In this document: one piece after another, positions 1-10,236 of the stretch
Numbering within the stretch: the first letter of the stretch is position 1
How the letters are laid out: every line of letters starts with the position of its first letter
Source of the DNA: an uncultured Chloroflexia bacterium
GTDB taxonomy: Bacteria; Chloroflexota; Limnocylindria; Limnocylindrales; CSP1-4
Direction: 5' to 3'
DNA length: 64,000 nucleotides
NCBI GenBank assembly: GCA_963809595.1
Contig: CAWEKG010000002.1
Span: forward strand, 20,713-84,712
Notes under the pieces: model-generated
The model's input: the letters and a program-made list of their open reading frames with translations, nothing else
Told to the model about the DNA's origin: nothing
Databases searched by the model: none
Position numbers and translations under genes: made by a program

Positions 1-782
1 TCGTGGAGCGGGGCGGTCAGCAGGGCATCCTCGAGGCCGAGGAGGAGCAGATGATCAACGCGGTCATCGAGCTCGGCGAGCGGCGCCTCCACGAGGTCAT
101 GGTCCCGCGGATCGACATCGTCGCCCTGCCGGCTGACGGCCACCTTCGAGCGAGGCGATCGACACGATCGTCCAGGAGGGTCACAGCCGGGTCCCGGTCT
201 ACGAGGACTCGATCGACGAGGTCGTCGGGATCCTCTACGCCAAGGACCTCCTCCAGTACCTCAAGGAGTCGGCCGCGCCCCGGCCCGACATCCGGATCGA
301 TCCTGCGGACGCCGCTGTTCGCCCCCGAGTCGATGTCGATCGACGACCTCCTCCACGACTTCCAGCGCAAGAAGGTCCACATCGCGATCGTCCTCGACGA
401 GTACGGCGGTACGGCCGGTCTCGTCTCCATCGAGGACCTGCTCGAGGAGATCGTGGGCGAGATCCAGGACGAGTACGACGTCGAGGAGGAGATGATCGTC
501 CGGCTCTCCGACGACGAGATCCGGATCGACGGTCGGGTCGCGGTCGACGAGCTGGCCGACCTCTTCGACATCGACCTCGTGCTCGAGGACGAGGACGAGT
601 ACGACACCGTCGGCGGGCTCGTCTTCCACCGCATCGGGCGGGTCCCGGTCCCGGGCGACAGCGTCGAGGTCGGCGGGCTGAGGCTCACCGTCGAGACGAC
701 CGACGGCCGGCGGGTCGGCAAGGTCCTGGCGGTCCGGGAGCGATCCGAGGACGACGCCGAGGCCGACGAATCCGACCGCTGA
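1..782 (+). CDS. CBS-pair + CorC_HlyC domain protein (TlyC/CorC hemolysin-like family); 5' end lies outside the window; internal frame slips
   Basis: ORF 3..782 is open to the window edge. Its C-terminal part reads ESMSIDDLLHDFQRKKVHIAIVLDEYGGTAGLVSIEDLLEEIVGEIQDEYD plus a CorC_HlyC-like tail. Between ~138 and ~296 the conserved text (ATFE / EAIDTIVQEGHSRVPVYEDSIDEVVGILYAKDLLQYL) is readable only in the other two frames. That implies three +1 slips (~138, ~151, ~296) which together restore the frame. Confidence 0.8.
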   Translation, partial: VERGGQQGILEAEEEQMINAVIELGERRLHEVMVPRIDIVALPADGHLRARRSTRSSRRVTAGSRSTRTRSTRSSGSSTPRTSSSTSRSRPRPGPTSGSILRTPLFAPESMSIDDLLHDFQRKKVHIAIVLDEYGGTAGLVSIEDLLEEIVGEIQDEYDVEEEMIVRLSDDEIRIDGRVAVDELADLFDIDLVLEDEDEYDTVGGLVFHRIGRVPVPGDSVEVGGLRLTVETTDGRRVGKVLAVRERSEDDAEADESDR

Positions 783-826
783 GGTCGCCGGCCGACCCGC
801 AGTCGCGCCACCCGGCCCGGCGCGGG

Positions 827-1871
827 TCAGGCGCGGGTCAGGCGCTGATCACCGAGACGCATGATCCGCTCGAGGCCGTCCCGGGCGCGCGGTGTCGACG
901 GTCCCGGCCGCGTCGAGCTCGGCCAGCGCCTCGTCGCGGTAGCGGCGGGCCTGGTCGCGGGTGTAGTCGCGGGCGCCGGTCCGCTCGAGGATGGACGATC
1001 GCCTCGGCCAGCTCTGCTGGGCTCGGCGCCTCGGCCGCCGTAGAGGGCGGTCAGCCTGGCTGCGTCCTCCGGCTCGGCGTGCTCGAAGGCGTAGATGACC
1101 GGCAGGGTCTTCTTGTGCCGGGCGAGGTCGGTCGGCTCCTTGCCGGTCGCCTGCTCCTGGCCCCAGATGCCGAGCAGGTCGTCGTTGAGCTGGAAGGCCA
1201 GGCCGAGCGCCCAGCCGAACGCCCGGTAGCGGGCGATGACGTCCTCGTCGTCGGTCGCCAGGAGCGCGCCGGCCTCGATCGAGGCGCTGATGAGGGCCGC
1301 CGTCTTGCGCCCGATCATGTCGAAGTAGAGCTCCACCGACATCGTCTCGTCGTGCTCGCTGAAGTCCAGATGTCGATGTACTGGCCCTCGCACAGGGCGA
1401 CGCAGGTCGTGTCGTACAGGCGCATGAGCCGGAGGACCTTCGTGTCGCTGAAGCCGAGGTCGGTCAGGCGGTGGAGGGCGACCCGGCTCAGGCTGAAGAG
1501 CATGTCGCCGGCGTTGATCGCCTGGGGGATGCCGTGCTTCGACCAGAGGGTGGCCCGATGGCGTCGCTCGACGTCGCCGTCCTCGATGTCGTCGTGGACC
1601 AGGCTGAAGTTGTGGCCGAGCTCCACGGCCGCCGCGCCGGGCAGGGCCGGCGGCGTACTCGCCGGTGATCGAGGCGTAGGCCAGGAGACCGAGGAGCGGT
1701 CGCATCCGCTTGCCGGCCGGCGCGCCGCTGCCGTCGAGACCCAGGTGGTAGCGGACCATCTCGTAGACGCCGTGGGTCGACGGGTCACGGTCGCGGACGA
1801 GCGCGCAGGATCTCGCCCTCGGTGGCGGCGATCAGCTCGGCGAGGTCGAAGCCCGGGGCGGTCGTGGTCAT
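827..1871 (-). pseudogene. trans-polyprenyl diphosphate synthase (IspA/GGPPS family), multiply frameshifted
   Basis: The conserved sequence is spread over all three minus-strand frames. Segments in order: [22 protein letters not shown] (ATG at 1871); [39 protein letters not shown]; [19 protein letters not shown] (first DDxxD) ... CEGQYIDI. Then: [26 protein letters not shown] ... GLAFQLNDDLLG (second DDxxD) ... KKTLPVIYAFE; PAELAEAIV; ILERTGARDYTRDQARRYRDEALAELD. There are at least 5 frame switches (~1803, ~1648, ~1369, ~1018, ~993), and the C-terminal end is uncertain. Confidence 0.8.
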
Positions 1872-1923
1872 CGTCGGTCGAGTGTACGTCACGCCCTTCC
1901 CTTCGTCGGCGGTCGGTGGCCGG

Positions 1924-2709
1924 ATGCGGTGCTACCGTGACCGGGTGCCCCGACCCCGGACCTACTCGACAGACGCGATCGTCCTGAGCCGGTTCGACCT
2001 CGGTGAGGCGGACCGCGTGCTCACCCTCATCACGCCCCACGACGGGAAGCTCAAGGCGATCGCCAAGGGCGTCCGCCGGCCCACCTCGCGGCTCGGCGGC
2101 AGCGTCGAGCCGTTCGCCGAGCTGCGCGTCCAGCTGGCCCACGGCCGGACCTTCGACGTCGTCACCCAGGTGAGCGTCGGCCACGCCTGGCTCCGCCTCC
2201 GGGACACCCTCGAGGGGGCCGCCACGGCGTGGTACCTCGCCGAGCTGGCCGACCGATCGCTCGAGGAGCGTCACCCCGCGGAGCCGCTCTATCTCCTCCT
2301 TCGTCGGGCCTATGAGCTGCTCGACGCCGGGATGGCGGCCGGCCGGGTCGCCCGCTGGTACGAGATGCGCCTCGCCGACGAGCTGGGGATGCGGCCCGAG
2401 GTCGACCGCTGCGTCGAGTGCGACCGGGTCCTCGAGGCGAGCGACACGTTCCGCTGGGTCCCGCCCCTCGGCGGAGTCCTCTGCCAGCGCGAGGCGGGCC
2501 CACCGGCCGAGCGGACCGGTCTCAGCCTCGACGCGCTCAAGCTGCTCAAGGCCTACCAGCGGATGGACGCCGAGGCCCTGGCCGGCCTGCGCGTCCCGCC
2601 CGGCGTCGAGCGCGAGGTGGAGACGGCGATGCGCGACTTCCTGCGGGTCGCCCTCGAGCGCGACGCCCGCTCGCTCGAGTTCCTCGACGAGGTCCGTGCG
2701 CGACACTGA
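1924..2709 (+). CDS. recO: DNA repair protein RecO
   Basis: ATG at 1924 within ORF 1822..2709. The sequence [46 protein letters not shown]...FDVVTQ is the RecO OB-fold, and CVECDRV...GGVLCQ is the zinc-finger-like region. Confidence 0.9.
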   Translation: MRCYRDRVPRPRTYSTDAIVLSRFDLGEADRVLTLITPHDGKLKAIAKGVRRPTSRLGGSVEPFAELRVQLAHGRTFDVVTQVSVGHAWLRLRDTLEGAATAWYLAELADRSLEERHPAEPLYLLLRRAYELLDAGMAAGRVARWYEMRLADELGMRPEVDRCVECDRVLEASDTFRWVPPLGGVLCQREAGPPAERTGLSLDALKLLKAYQRMDAEALAGLRVPPGVEREVETAMRDFLRVALERDARSLEFLDEVRARH

Positions 2710-2762
2710 CCGACCCGTCACCATGGCGCTGGGCCGCGCCCGACCCGACACGGAGGACCCCG

Positions 2763-3125
2763 ATGCGCTACCTGATCCTCATCCTCGGCGACGAGGCCGC
2801 CGAGCTGGCGATGACCGACGACGAGCGCCGTGCGGTGCTGCAGGCCCACTCCGCGTACTCGACTCGACTGGCCGATGCCGGCGCGCTGGTGGCCGGCGAG
2901 GCCCTCCACCCGAGCGCGGTCTCGGCGACCGTCCGGTTCCCGGTCGGCGGCGACCCGATCGTGTCGGACGGGCCGTACGCCGAGACGAAGGAGCAGCTCG
3001 GCGGGTTCTACGTGGTCGAGTGCGCCGATCGCGAGGAGGCCCTCCGCTATGCCCGGGAGGTCCCGCGCAGCCCCGGGGTCGTCGTCGAGGTCCGGCCGAT
3101 CGCCGCGATGGAGATGCCCCGATGA
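2763..3125 (+). CDS. YciI/DGPF-domain family protein
   Basis: ATG at 2763, in frame with ORF 2418..3125. [21 protein letters not shown]...[33 protein letters not shown] is the typical YCII-related pattern. Confidence 0.8.
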   Translation: MRYLILILGDEAAELAMTDDERRAVLQAHSAYSTRLADAGALVAGEALHPSAVSATVRFPVGGDPIVSDGPYAETKEQLGGFYVVECADREEALRYAREVPRSPGVVVEVRPIAAMEMPR

Positions 3126-3538
3126 TCGACCCGACCACCGAGAAGGGGGCGGCCCTGGCGGCCCGCCTCGAGACCGAGCTGATCGTCTGGCTCACGACCG
3201 TCAGCCCGGCCGGCCAGCCCCAGAGCTCGCCGGTGTGGTTCGTATGGGACGAGGGGGAGTTCCTCATCTACAGCCTGGCCGTCACGCCGCGGGTCCGGAA
3301 CATCCGGGCGAACCCACGGGTCGCGCTCAACCTCAACAGCGACGCCACGGCGGACGATGTCGTCACGTTCGAGGGCGAGGCGCGGATCGTCGATGCGTCG
3401 CCACCGCCGTCGGGCGTGCCGGAGTTCGTCGCGAAGTATCGGCACCTGATGGACGAGAACGGCTGGACCGTGGAGCGCTACTTCACCGATTACCCGCTAC
3501 CGATCCGGATCCGGCCCACCCGCCTCCGGCTGGGCTGA
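3122..3538 (+). CDS. PPOX-class (pyridoxamine 5'-phosphate oxidase-like, FMN/F420-binding split-barrel) protein
   Basis: ATG at 3122 overlaps the upstream stop (ATGA). LIVWLTTVSPAGQPQSSPVWFVWDEGEFLIYSLAVTPRVRNIRANPRVALNL is typical of the PPOX-class F420-dependent family. Cofactor is not determinable from sequence. Confidence 0.75.
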   Translation: MIDPTTEKGAALAARLETELIVWLTTVSPAGQPQSSPVWFVWDEGEFLIYSLAVTPRVRNIRANPRVALNLNSDATADDVVTFEGEARIVDASPPPSGVPEFVAKYRHLMDENGWTVERYFTDYPLPIRIRPTRLRLG

Positions 3539-3738
3539 CGGGGCCGGGGAGGGCGGTCCGGTGCGCGCCCGGCCGATCATCGCGGCGACCCTCGTCCTGG
3601 GCGCCGTCGCGGCGGCTGGCGCCCGGATCGCCGGCGCCCGGGTCGCCGTGCGGGTGGCGCGGCGGATGAACCCGGTGGCGCGAGCGCCCGCCCTACGCGG
3701 CGTCCGACCCGGCCCGCGAGCTCCACGGCACCCTGACC

Positions 3739-4743
3739 GTGGTCGATCTCCATGCCGACAGCCTGCTCTGGGGCCGCGACCTGCTCCGCCGCTCGTCCGA
3801 CGGCCATCTCGACGTCCCCCGGATGATCGAGGGCGGGATCGCCCTCGAGGGGCTGGCGGTCTGCACCAAGGTCCCCCACGCGGCCGACCTCGACCGGAAC
3901 GACGACCGGTCCGACGACATCACCCTGCTCGCCCTCGCCCAGGCGTGGCCACCCGGGACCTGGCGGAGCCTCCTGGCCCGGGCCCTGTACCTCGGCGGAC
4001 GGGCCCGCGCGATGGCCGAGCGCTCCGACGGCCGGCTGACGCTCATCGAGACGCGGGCCGATCTCGAGGGCTATCTGGTCCGTCGACTCGCGAACCCGGC
4101 GATCACCGCGGCCTTCCTGGCGATCGAGGGCGCCCACGCCCTCGACGGTGACCCGGCAAACATCGAGCGGCTGGCCGACGCCGGATTCCGGATGATGTCG
4201 CCGACCCACTTCTTCGACAACGCCTTCGGCGGCTCCGCCCACGGCGTCGAGAAGGGCGGGCTGACGACGGCCGGTCGGGAGATGGTCGCCCGGATGGAAG
4301 CCCGCTCGATGATCGTGGACGTCGCCCACGCCTCGCCGCGGACGATCGACGACGTGCTGGCGATCGCGACCCGGCCGGTGGTCGCCTCGCACACCGGGGT
4401 CCGGGCCGCCTTCGATTCGGACCGCAACCTGACCGATGACCACGTCCGGGGGATCGCCGCGACGGGCGGCCTCGTCGGGATCGGGTTCTGGCCGACGGCG
4501 ACCGGCGGCGACGACCCGGCCTCGATCGCCCGGGCGATCCGGGCTGCCGTTGCGGTCGGCGGGATCGACCACGTCGGGCTCGGCTCGGACTTCGATGGCG
4601 CGGTGCCGGTGCCGTTCGACGGAACGGGGATCGTCCAGCTCACCGACGCGCTCCTCGAGGAGGGCTTCGGCGAGGGCGAGATCGCCGCCATCATGGGCGG
4701 CAACGCCCTCCGGGTCCTGGCGGCGGGTCTGCCGGCCGGCTGA
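3739..4743 (+). CDS. membrane dipeptidase (peptidase M19, renal-dipeptidase family)
   Basis: VDLHADSLLW...AFLAIEGAHAL...FRMMSPTHFFDNAFGGS...IVDVAHASPRTIDD...PVVASHTG...GIGFW...HVGLGSDFDG are M19 hallmarks. The frame stays open upstream (ERPPYAASDPARELHGTLTV). A TM-like start (VRARPIIAATLVLGAVAAAG, from 3561) lies in the -1 frame, so a +1 slip near 3681 may have cut off a membrane anchor. Confidence 0.85.
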   Translation: MVDLHADSLLWGRDLLRRSSDGHLDVPRMIEGGIALEGLAVCTKVPHAADLDRNDDRSDDITLLALAQAWPPGTWRSLLARALYLGGRARAMAERSDGRLTLIETRADLEGYLVRRLANPAITAAFLAIEGAHALDGDPANIERLADAGFRMMSPTHFFDNAFGGSAHGVEKGGLTTAGREMVARMEARSMIVDVAHASPRTIDDVLAIATRPVVASHTGVRAAFDSDRNLTDDHVRGIAATGGLVGIGFWPTATGGDDPASIARAIRAAVAVGGIDHVGLGSDFDGAVPVPFDGTGIVQLTDALLEEGFGEGEIAAIMGGNALRVLAAGLPAG

Positions 4744-4871
4744 CGGCGCCGAGTCAGGCGCCGGACGGCACGGCCCGCTGGCCCGCACGGCGCCTCTGGT
4801 AGCATCGGGCCACCAACCCCAGTCGCGACCGTCCCTGCCACGGCCGGTCGCCGAAGCGGAGCCTCCTCCAC

Positions 4872-6286
4872 GTGACCACCCCCGAGACCGAGTCGCCCGA
4901 TCGCGTCGCGCCCGCCGTGCCCAGCCTCGAGACGATCGTCAACCTGGGCAAGCGCCGCGGGTTCATGTTCCCGTCGTCCGAGATCTACGGCGGGATCAAC
5001 GCCGTCTGGGACTACGGCCCCCTCGGGGTCGAGCTGAAGAACAACGTCAAGCGGGCCTGGTGGCGGGCGATGGTCCAGGAGCGCGACGACGTCGTCGGGC
5101 TCGATGCCGGGCATCCTCATGCACCCCCAGGTCTGGGTCACCTCCGGCCACGTGGGCTCGTTCAGCGACCCGCTGGTCGAGTGCGCCACCTGTCACCGGC
5201 GCTACCGGCTCGACGAGCTGCCCGGGGCGGAGGACCTCTCGGCGACCGACCTGCGCGACGAGACGATCGTCGAGCGGCTCGGCCTCGTCTGCCCGAACGA
5301 CGCCGGGCCGCTGTCCGCACCGCGCCGGTTCAACCTCATGTTCGAGACCCACATGGGCCCGGTCCGGGACGAGTCGTCGATCGTCTATCTCCGACCCGAG
5401 ACCGCCCAGGGTTCGTACGTCAACTTCCGGAACGTCCAGCAGACGAGCCGCAAGAAGATCCCCTTCGGGATCGCCCAGATCGGCAAGAGCTTCCGCAACG
5501 AGATCAGCCCCGGCAACTCGATCTTCCGGACCCGCGAGTTCGAGCAGATGGAGATGCAGTACTTCGTCCGGCCGGGGGAGGCCGGCGGCGGCCGCCTTCG
5601 AGGAGTGGCTGCCGGCCCGGCGGGCCTGGTACGAGGGCTACGGCGTGGCCCCCGAGCGGCTCCGCCTGCGCGAGCACGCCGCCGACGAGCTGGCCCACTA
5701 CGCCAAGAAGGCCGTCGACGTGGAGTACCGCTTCCCGTTCGGCTGGAAGGAGCTCGAGGGCGTCCACAACCGGGGCGACTTCGACCTCTCCCGCCATTCC
5801 GAAGCGTCCGGCCAGAGCCTCGAGTACTTCGACCCGGCGACCGAGGAGCACTTCATCCCCTGGATCGTCGAGACCGCGGCCGGGGCGGACCGGGCGGCGC
5901 TCACCTTCCTCATCGACAGCTATCGGGAAGAGGAGGTCAAGGGCGAGCTCCGGGTCTCGCTCGCTCTCCATCCCGACCTCGCGCCGTACAAGGTCGCCGT
6001 CCTGCCCCTGCTGAAGAAGCGCCCGGAGATCGTCGAGCTGTGCCATCGGATCAAGGCCGACCTCAAGCAGGACGTCATGGCCGTCTACGACGACACCGCG
6101 GCGATCGGCAAGCTCTATCGGCGCCAGGACGAGATCGGGACGCCCTGGTGCGTGACCGTCGACGTCGACAGTCTCGAGGACCTGGCCGTGACCATCCGCG
6201 ACCGCGACACGATGACCCAGGAGCGGGTGCCGGTCGAGGGCGTCAAGCGGGCGATCCTCGACCGGATGGCGGCTGCGCGCCGCTGA
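4872..6286 (+). pseudogene. glyQS: glycine--tRNA ligase (class II, dimeric GlyQS type) with two +1 frame slips
   Basis: There are three consecutive frames. The first reads MTTPET...[43 protein letters not shown]...VVGLDA. The second reads [24 protein letters not shown]...[12 protein letters not shown]...[14 protein letters not shown]...[40 protein letters not shown]. The third reads AAFEEWL...[17 protein letters not shown]...[10 protein letters not shown]...[10 protein letters not shown]. The slips fall in G/C runs at ~5108-5110 and ~5584. Confidence 0.9.
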
Positions 6287-6361
6287 CCCCTCGCCCCTGC
6301 AGGGGTCGCTCGGACCCTCGTTCGAGCTGACATCGGCACCGGCCCATGGGCCGTGATGCGA

Positions 6362-7829
6362 TCAGCCCGCCGCTGCCGGCTCGACCGGTCGGCCGTTCAG
6401 CCAGGCGTCGATGGCCCCGGCCGCGCGCTTGCCGTCGCCCATGGCCAGGATGACCGTCGCCGCGCCGCGGACGATGTCGCCGCCGGCGAAGACACCGGGC
6501 ATGCTGGTCATGCCGGTCTCGTCGATCTCGATGTAGCCATGGCTGTTGACCTTGAGGTCGGGCGCCGTGGAGGTGAGCAGGGGGTTGGACCGGGTCCCGA
6601 TCGCCACGACCACCATCTCGCAGGGGATCTCGAACTCGGAGTCGGGGATCGGCTCGGGGCGGGCGCGTCCCGAGGCGTCGGGCTCGCCGAGGGCCATCCG
6701 GATGCAGCGCAGGGCGCGGACCCAGCCGTTCTCGTCGCCGAGGACCTCGAGCGGGGCGACCTGGAGCTCGAAGCGAACGCCCTCCTGCTCAGCGTGGTGG
6801 ACCTCTTCGGCCCGGGCCGGGAGCTCCTCGCGACCGCGTCGGTAGACGATGACCGCCTCGTCGGCGCCCATCCGTCGGGCCGTCCGGACCGAGTCCATGG
6901 CGACGTTGCCGCCGCCCACGACTGCGACCCGATGACCGGCCAGGACCGGCGTGTCCGAGTCCTTGTTCCAGGCGCCCATGAGGTTGACCCGGGTGAGGTA
7001 CTCGTTGGCCGAGTAGACGCCCTTGAGGTTCTCGCCGGGCACGTTCATGAAGACCGGCAGTCCGGCCCCGACCGCCAGGAAGACGGCGTCGAACCGGGCC
7101 CGGATCTCGGGCAGGGTGAAGGTCTTGCCGATGATCTGGTTCTTCTCGATCTTCACCCCGTCGGCGACCAGCCGATCGACCTCGCGCCGCACGATGTCCT
7201 TGGGCAGCCGGAACTCGGGGATGCCGTAGACCAGGACTCCGCCCGCGGCGTGGAACGCCTCGAAGATCGTCACGTCGTAGCCGTGCTTGACGAGCTCGCC
7301 GGCCGCGGTCAGGCCGGCCGGGCCCGGAGCCCACGATCGCCACCCGCTTGCCGGCGCTCTCGTGGACCTGGTGGATCATCTCCTCGGGGTGGGTCTGGGC
7401 CCAGTCGGCCACGTACCGCTCGAGGTAGCCGATCGCGACCGGCTTGCCCTTCTTCGACCGGAGGCAGAGCCCCTCGCACTGGGTCTCCTGGGGGCAGACC
7501 CGACCGGTCACGCAGGGCAGGGCGTTGTCGTCGAGGAGCGACTCGGCTGCCGAGTGGATGTCGCCGTGGGCGAGCAGGTCGATGAACCGGGGGATGTTCA
7601 CCCGGACCGGGCAGCCCTCGATGCACTTCGGGTTCTTGCACTGGAGACAGCGCTCGGCCTCGGCGATCGCCAGGAGGTCGGTATAGCCCAGGTTGACCTC
7701 GGTGAAGTCGTGGGAGCGGGCCGTGGCATCGCGCTCGGGCATGCCCTGGCGATCGATCGCCATGCGCTCCCTCGGGGTCAGCGGGACGCGCTCGAGCGGG
7801 GGACGCTCCTCGGGGACGCGCTCGGTCAT
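6362..7829 (-). pseudogene. nfnB: NfnB / GltD-like NADPH-dependent oxidoreductase (glutamate synthase small-chain family, 2x[4Fe-4S] + FAD), one frame slip
   Basis: The N-terminal part (ORF 6789..7829) has CLQCKNPKCIEGCPVRVNIPRFI...PCVTGRVCPQETQCEGLC...GKRVAIVGSGP. The rest (ORF 6362..7273) has VTIFEAFHAAGGVLVYGIPEFRLPK...VAVVGGGNVAMDSVRTARRMGA...VFAGGDIVRGAATVILAMGDGKRAA. The expected GSGPAGLTAAGELVKHGYD is restored by removing one base near 7320. The ATG at 7829 overlaps the nfnA stop (ATGA). Confidence 0.85.
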
Positions 7830-8713
7830 GCAGGGACCTCCGACGAGGTGGTGGCGGCCTCGGCCTTCTCGGCGAGGGCGGGGATGAGGCAGGCGGCTCG
7901 CCTCGCGAGGGCGTCCTGCTCGAATGTCCGGTAGGTGGTGAGGCGGTCAGACAGGAGTTTGAAGTCGACCGTGTGTCCGTCGAACTCGGGCCCGTCCACG
8001 CAGGCGTACTTCGTCTCGCCGTCCACCGCGACGCGGCAGCCGCCGCACATCCCTGTGCCGTCGACCATGATCGCGTTGAGCGAGACGGTGGTCGGAATGA
8101 CGTACGGCCGGGTGAGCTCCGAGACGGCCCGCATCATCGGCACCGGGCCCACGGCGTAGACGGCGTCGATCGAGCCGGCGTCGCACAGGTCCTTGAGGGC
8201 CTCGGTGACGAAGCCGTGTCGGCCGTACGAGCCGTCGTCGGTGCAGGTCACGACCTCGCCGGCGCCACGCAGCTCATCCTCGAGGATGACCCACTCGCGG
8301 GAGCGGCCGCCGATGACCGTGGTCACGTCGACGCCCCGACGATGGAGCTCCTGGGCGATAGGATAGACGACCGCCGTCCCGACACCGCCGCCGACGCACA
8401 CCGCGCGGCCCGTCTCGATGAGGTCGGTCGCCCGACCGAGCGGACCGGCGATGTCCTGGATGGCGCCGCCGACGGGCTGGTCGACGAGGTCCATCGTGCT
8501 CTTGCCCACGGCCTGGATGATCAGGCTGATCGTGCCCGCCACCGGATCGGCGTCGGCGATCGTCAGCGGGATCCGCTCGGCGCCCTCGCCGAGCCTCACG
8601 ATGACGAACTGGCCCGGCTGCCGGATCTCGGCGATCCGCGGTGCGCGGACCACCAGGCGGGTCACATTGGGCGAGAGCTGCTGCTTTTCGACGATCTCGT
8701 GCATCCGGTCCAT
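7826..8713 (-). CDS. nfnA: NfnA / PyrK-like ferredoxin-NADP(+) reductase subunit alpha (FAD + [2Fe-2S])
   Basis: GQFVIVRLGEGAERIPLTIAD...CVGGGVGTAVVYPIAQ...MVDGTGMCGGCRVAVDGETKYACVDGPEF is the typical sulfide-dehydrogenase gamma / NfnA pattern. It lies immediately upstream of, and overlaps, the nfnB-like gene. Confidence 0.85.
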   Translation of the reverse strand: MDRMHEIVEKQQLSPNVTRLVVRAPRIAEIRQPGQFVIVRLGEGAERIPLTIADADPVAGTISLIIQAVGKSTMDLVDQPVGGAIQDIAGPLGRATDLIETGRAVCVGGGVGTAVVYPIAQELHRRGVDVTTVIGGRSREWVILEDELRGAGEVVTCTDDGSYGRHGFVTEALKDLCDAGSIDAVYAVGPVPMMRAVSELTRPYVIPTTVSLNAIMVDGTGMCGGCRVAVDGETKYACVDGPEFDGHTVDFKLLSDRLTTYRTFEQDALARRAACLIPALAEKAEAATTSSEVPA

Positions 8714-8947
8714 CCCTGCGGTCGTGTCCGCAATGATGGTCGCTTACGCACGTGCATCCTGACTTATGCCCCGTTGCGCATGTATTCCCGGGGCCGAAGG
8801 TCACGCCCGGCCGGGTGACCCGGCCCGGTCCGTGGGAGCGGTCTTCGGTCGTCGACGACGAGGCGCAGTCGACCTCGTGAACCGCGCCGCCGCGAGACAT
8901 GCTGAGGGCTACGTGCGCCCGACTTGCGGAGATGTCGCCCGGCAGGC

Positions 8948-9958
8948 TCAGTGGCAGGTCCCGATACCCTGGTCGCGCACGGTCCCGTCGACGTCGACGA
9001 ACCGGAACGACCAGGAGTCGGCCAGCAGCGTGAGCTCCAGCAGCCCATATGCGTCGTTGACCCGGACGAGCGAGTTCGCCTGCGCCCCCCTGAACGCCTC
9101 GAGCTCCGCGCCGCCCATGCCAGCGACGATCTCCGTGATGCCTCTCACGGCGTCTGGTCGGCCATCGGGGTCCTGGGGGGCGAACCGCTCGTAGTCGTGG
9201 TCGTGGCCGTCCAGCACGAGGTCGGCACCGGCCGCGTACAGCGCGTCCCACAACGGGCCGACCGCGGGGTCGTCCCCGTGCTGGCCGCTGCTGAACCGCG
9301 GCTGATGAGCCAGCGCTAGCGTGCAACGGGCGTTGCTCGCGGCGAGATCCTCGCGCAGCCACCGCGCCTGCTCCGAGCCGGCGCCACACCGGCCACCCGT
9401 CAGCCCGCAGTTCCCGTCGAGGACGACGACATGCCAAGCCCCGAGGTCTTCCGAGAACCAGGTACGCCCATCCCGTGCCGCCGCGCTCCCCATGTATGCC
9501 TGCAGCGGCGCGCCGCCGTCGGTGTGCACGTCGTGGTTGCCCGTGACCGCGAACCTGATCCGGTCCTTGACCGCGCCCCACGACCCGCCGAAGCAATCCA
9601 GGAGCTCCTCGGTCGTCCCGTCCTCGTAGGCGGTGTCGCCGAGCGTCGCGATGACGCCGTTCAGGCTGGCCGCCAGCGCGCCGGTGTCATCGTCGTGAGT
9701 CGAGTCGCAGCGACCGATGTCGCCGACCGCCAGTAGTGTCGTCGCTGCGCTGCCCGCCGGGCCCGAGGTCGCCGACGGTCGGGCAGTTGCCGACGTCGAG
9801 CTCGTGGTCGGATCCGTGGCGATCGTCCCGGCGGGCGAAGTCACCGACGGTGGTGGCGGAGACGGATCCCACGCCGAACACCCTCCCAGGAACGCTGCCA
9901 CGAGTACGAGCGCCGCGAGCAGCCGCGCCGCGCGATTCTGGTCCAGGTGATCGCGCAC
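8948..9958 (-). CDS. secreted calcineurin-like metallophosphoesterase (lipoprotein)
   Basis: Metallophosphoesterase motifs are present: VGDIGRC, LGDTAYE, TGNHD and DGHDHDYER. A lipobox LVAAFLGGCSA follows a candidate GTG start at 9958; the ORF extends to 10174, so the start is uncertain. Confidence 0.8.
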   Translation of the reverse strand: MRDHLDQNRAARLLAALVLVAAFLGGCSAWDPSPPPPSVTSPAGTIATDPTTSSTSATARPSATSGPAGSAATTLLAVGDIGRCDSTHDDDTGALAASLNGVIATLGDTAYEDGTTEELLDCFGGSWGAVKDRIRFAVTGNHDVHTDGGAPLQAYMGSAAARDGRTWFSEDLGAWHVVVLDGNCGLTGGRCGAGSEQARWLREDLAASNARCTLALAHQPRFSSGQHGDDPAVGPLWDALYAAGADLVLDGHDHDYERFAPQDPDGRPDAVRGITEIVAGMGGAELEAFRGAQANSLVRVNDAYGLLELTLLADSWSFRFVDVDGTVRDQGIGTCH

Positions 9959-10236
9959 GGCGATGCTCCCTCGTTGCTCCACGGCCCGGCCTGTCCGGGC
10001 TGCGTCACGAACGTCGGTTCGTCGGCTGGCACGACGCGGAGGCGCCGCGATCCCCGTGCAGCGCAAGACCACCGACCGTGGCGGCCCGTGCTTGGGCGGA
10101 CAGTCGCGGGCCGAGCAGGACGCTGCGGCGCGCAGCATCTCGCGGGGGGTGGACATGCGAGACAATGGTCCCACGTCGGACTGGTCCTCGGCCCATGTCG
10201 AGCCACCCGGCGGATTCGAGCGATCGGAGGGCTCTG

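Noticed and set aside
820-845. An 11-bp tandem duplication GCGCGGGTCAG x2.4 at the 3' end of the polyprenyl synthase gene.
   Set aside because: It is real in the sequence, but it lies in the error-prone first 7 kb and at the very end of a gene whose C-terminal frame I cannot resolve. I cannot distinguish a genuine microduplication from an assembly artefact, so it is folded into the frameshift-cluster finding.
4744-4871. I looked for leader RNA elements: a T-box upstream of glyQS, a yybP-ykoY Mn riboswitch upstream of the VIT1 gene (20997-21098), and c-di-GMP or other riboswitch cores in the longer leaders (47439-47652, 50680-51057, 8714-8947).
   Set aside because: I could not recognise any conserved riboswitch or T-box core sequence by eye. 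A covariance-model scan (Infernal/Rfam) would be the decisive test, and I could not run it.
5100-5590. Programmed ribosomal frameshifting as an explanation for the glyQS frame changes (and the other slips).
   Set aside because: There is no slippery heptamer or stimulatory structure at the junctions. Several unrelated genes are affected, and each junction is explained by one extra or missing base in a G/C run. GlyQS is not known to use recoding.
6294-6352. Two 12-bp perfect palindromes (CCCCTGCAGGGG at 6294-6305 and GGCCCATGGGCC at 6341-6352) between convergent glyQS and nfnB.
   Set aside because: As hairpins they have only 4-bp stems once a loop is allowed. Such short GC palindromes are frequent by chance in this composition. 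They may be weak terminators but are not worth a claim.
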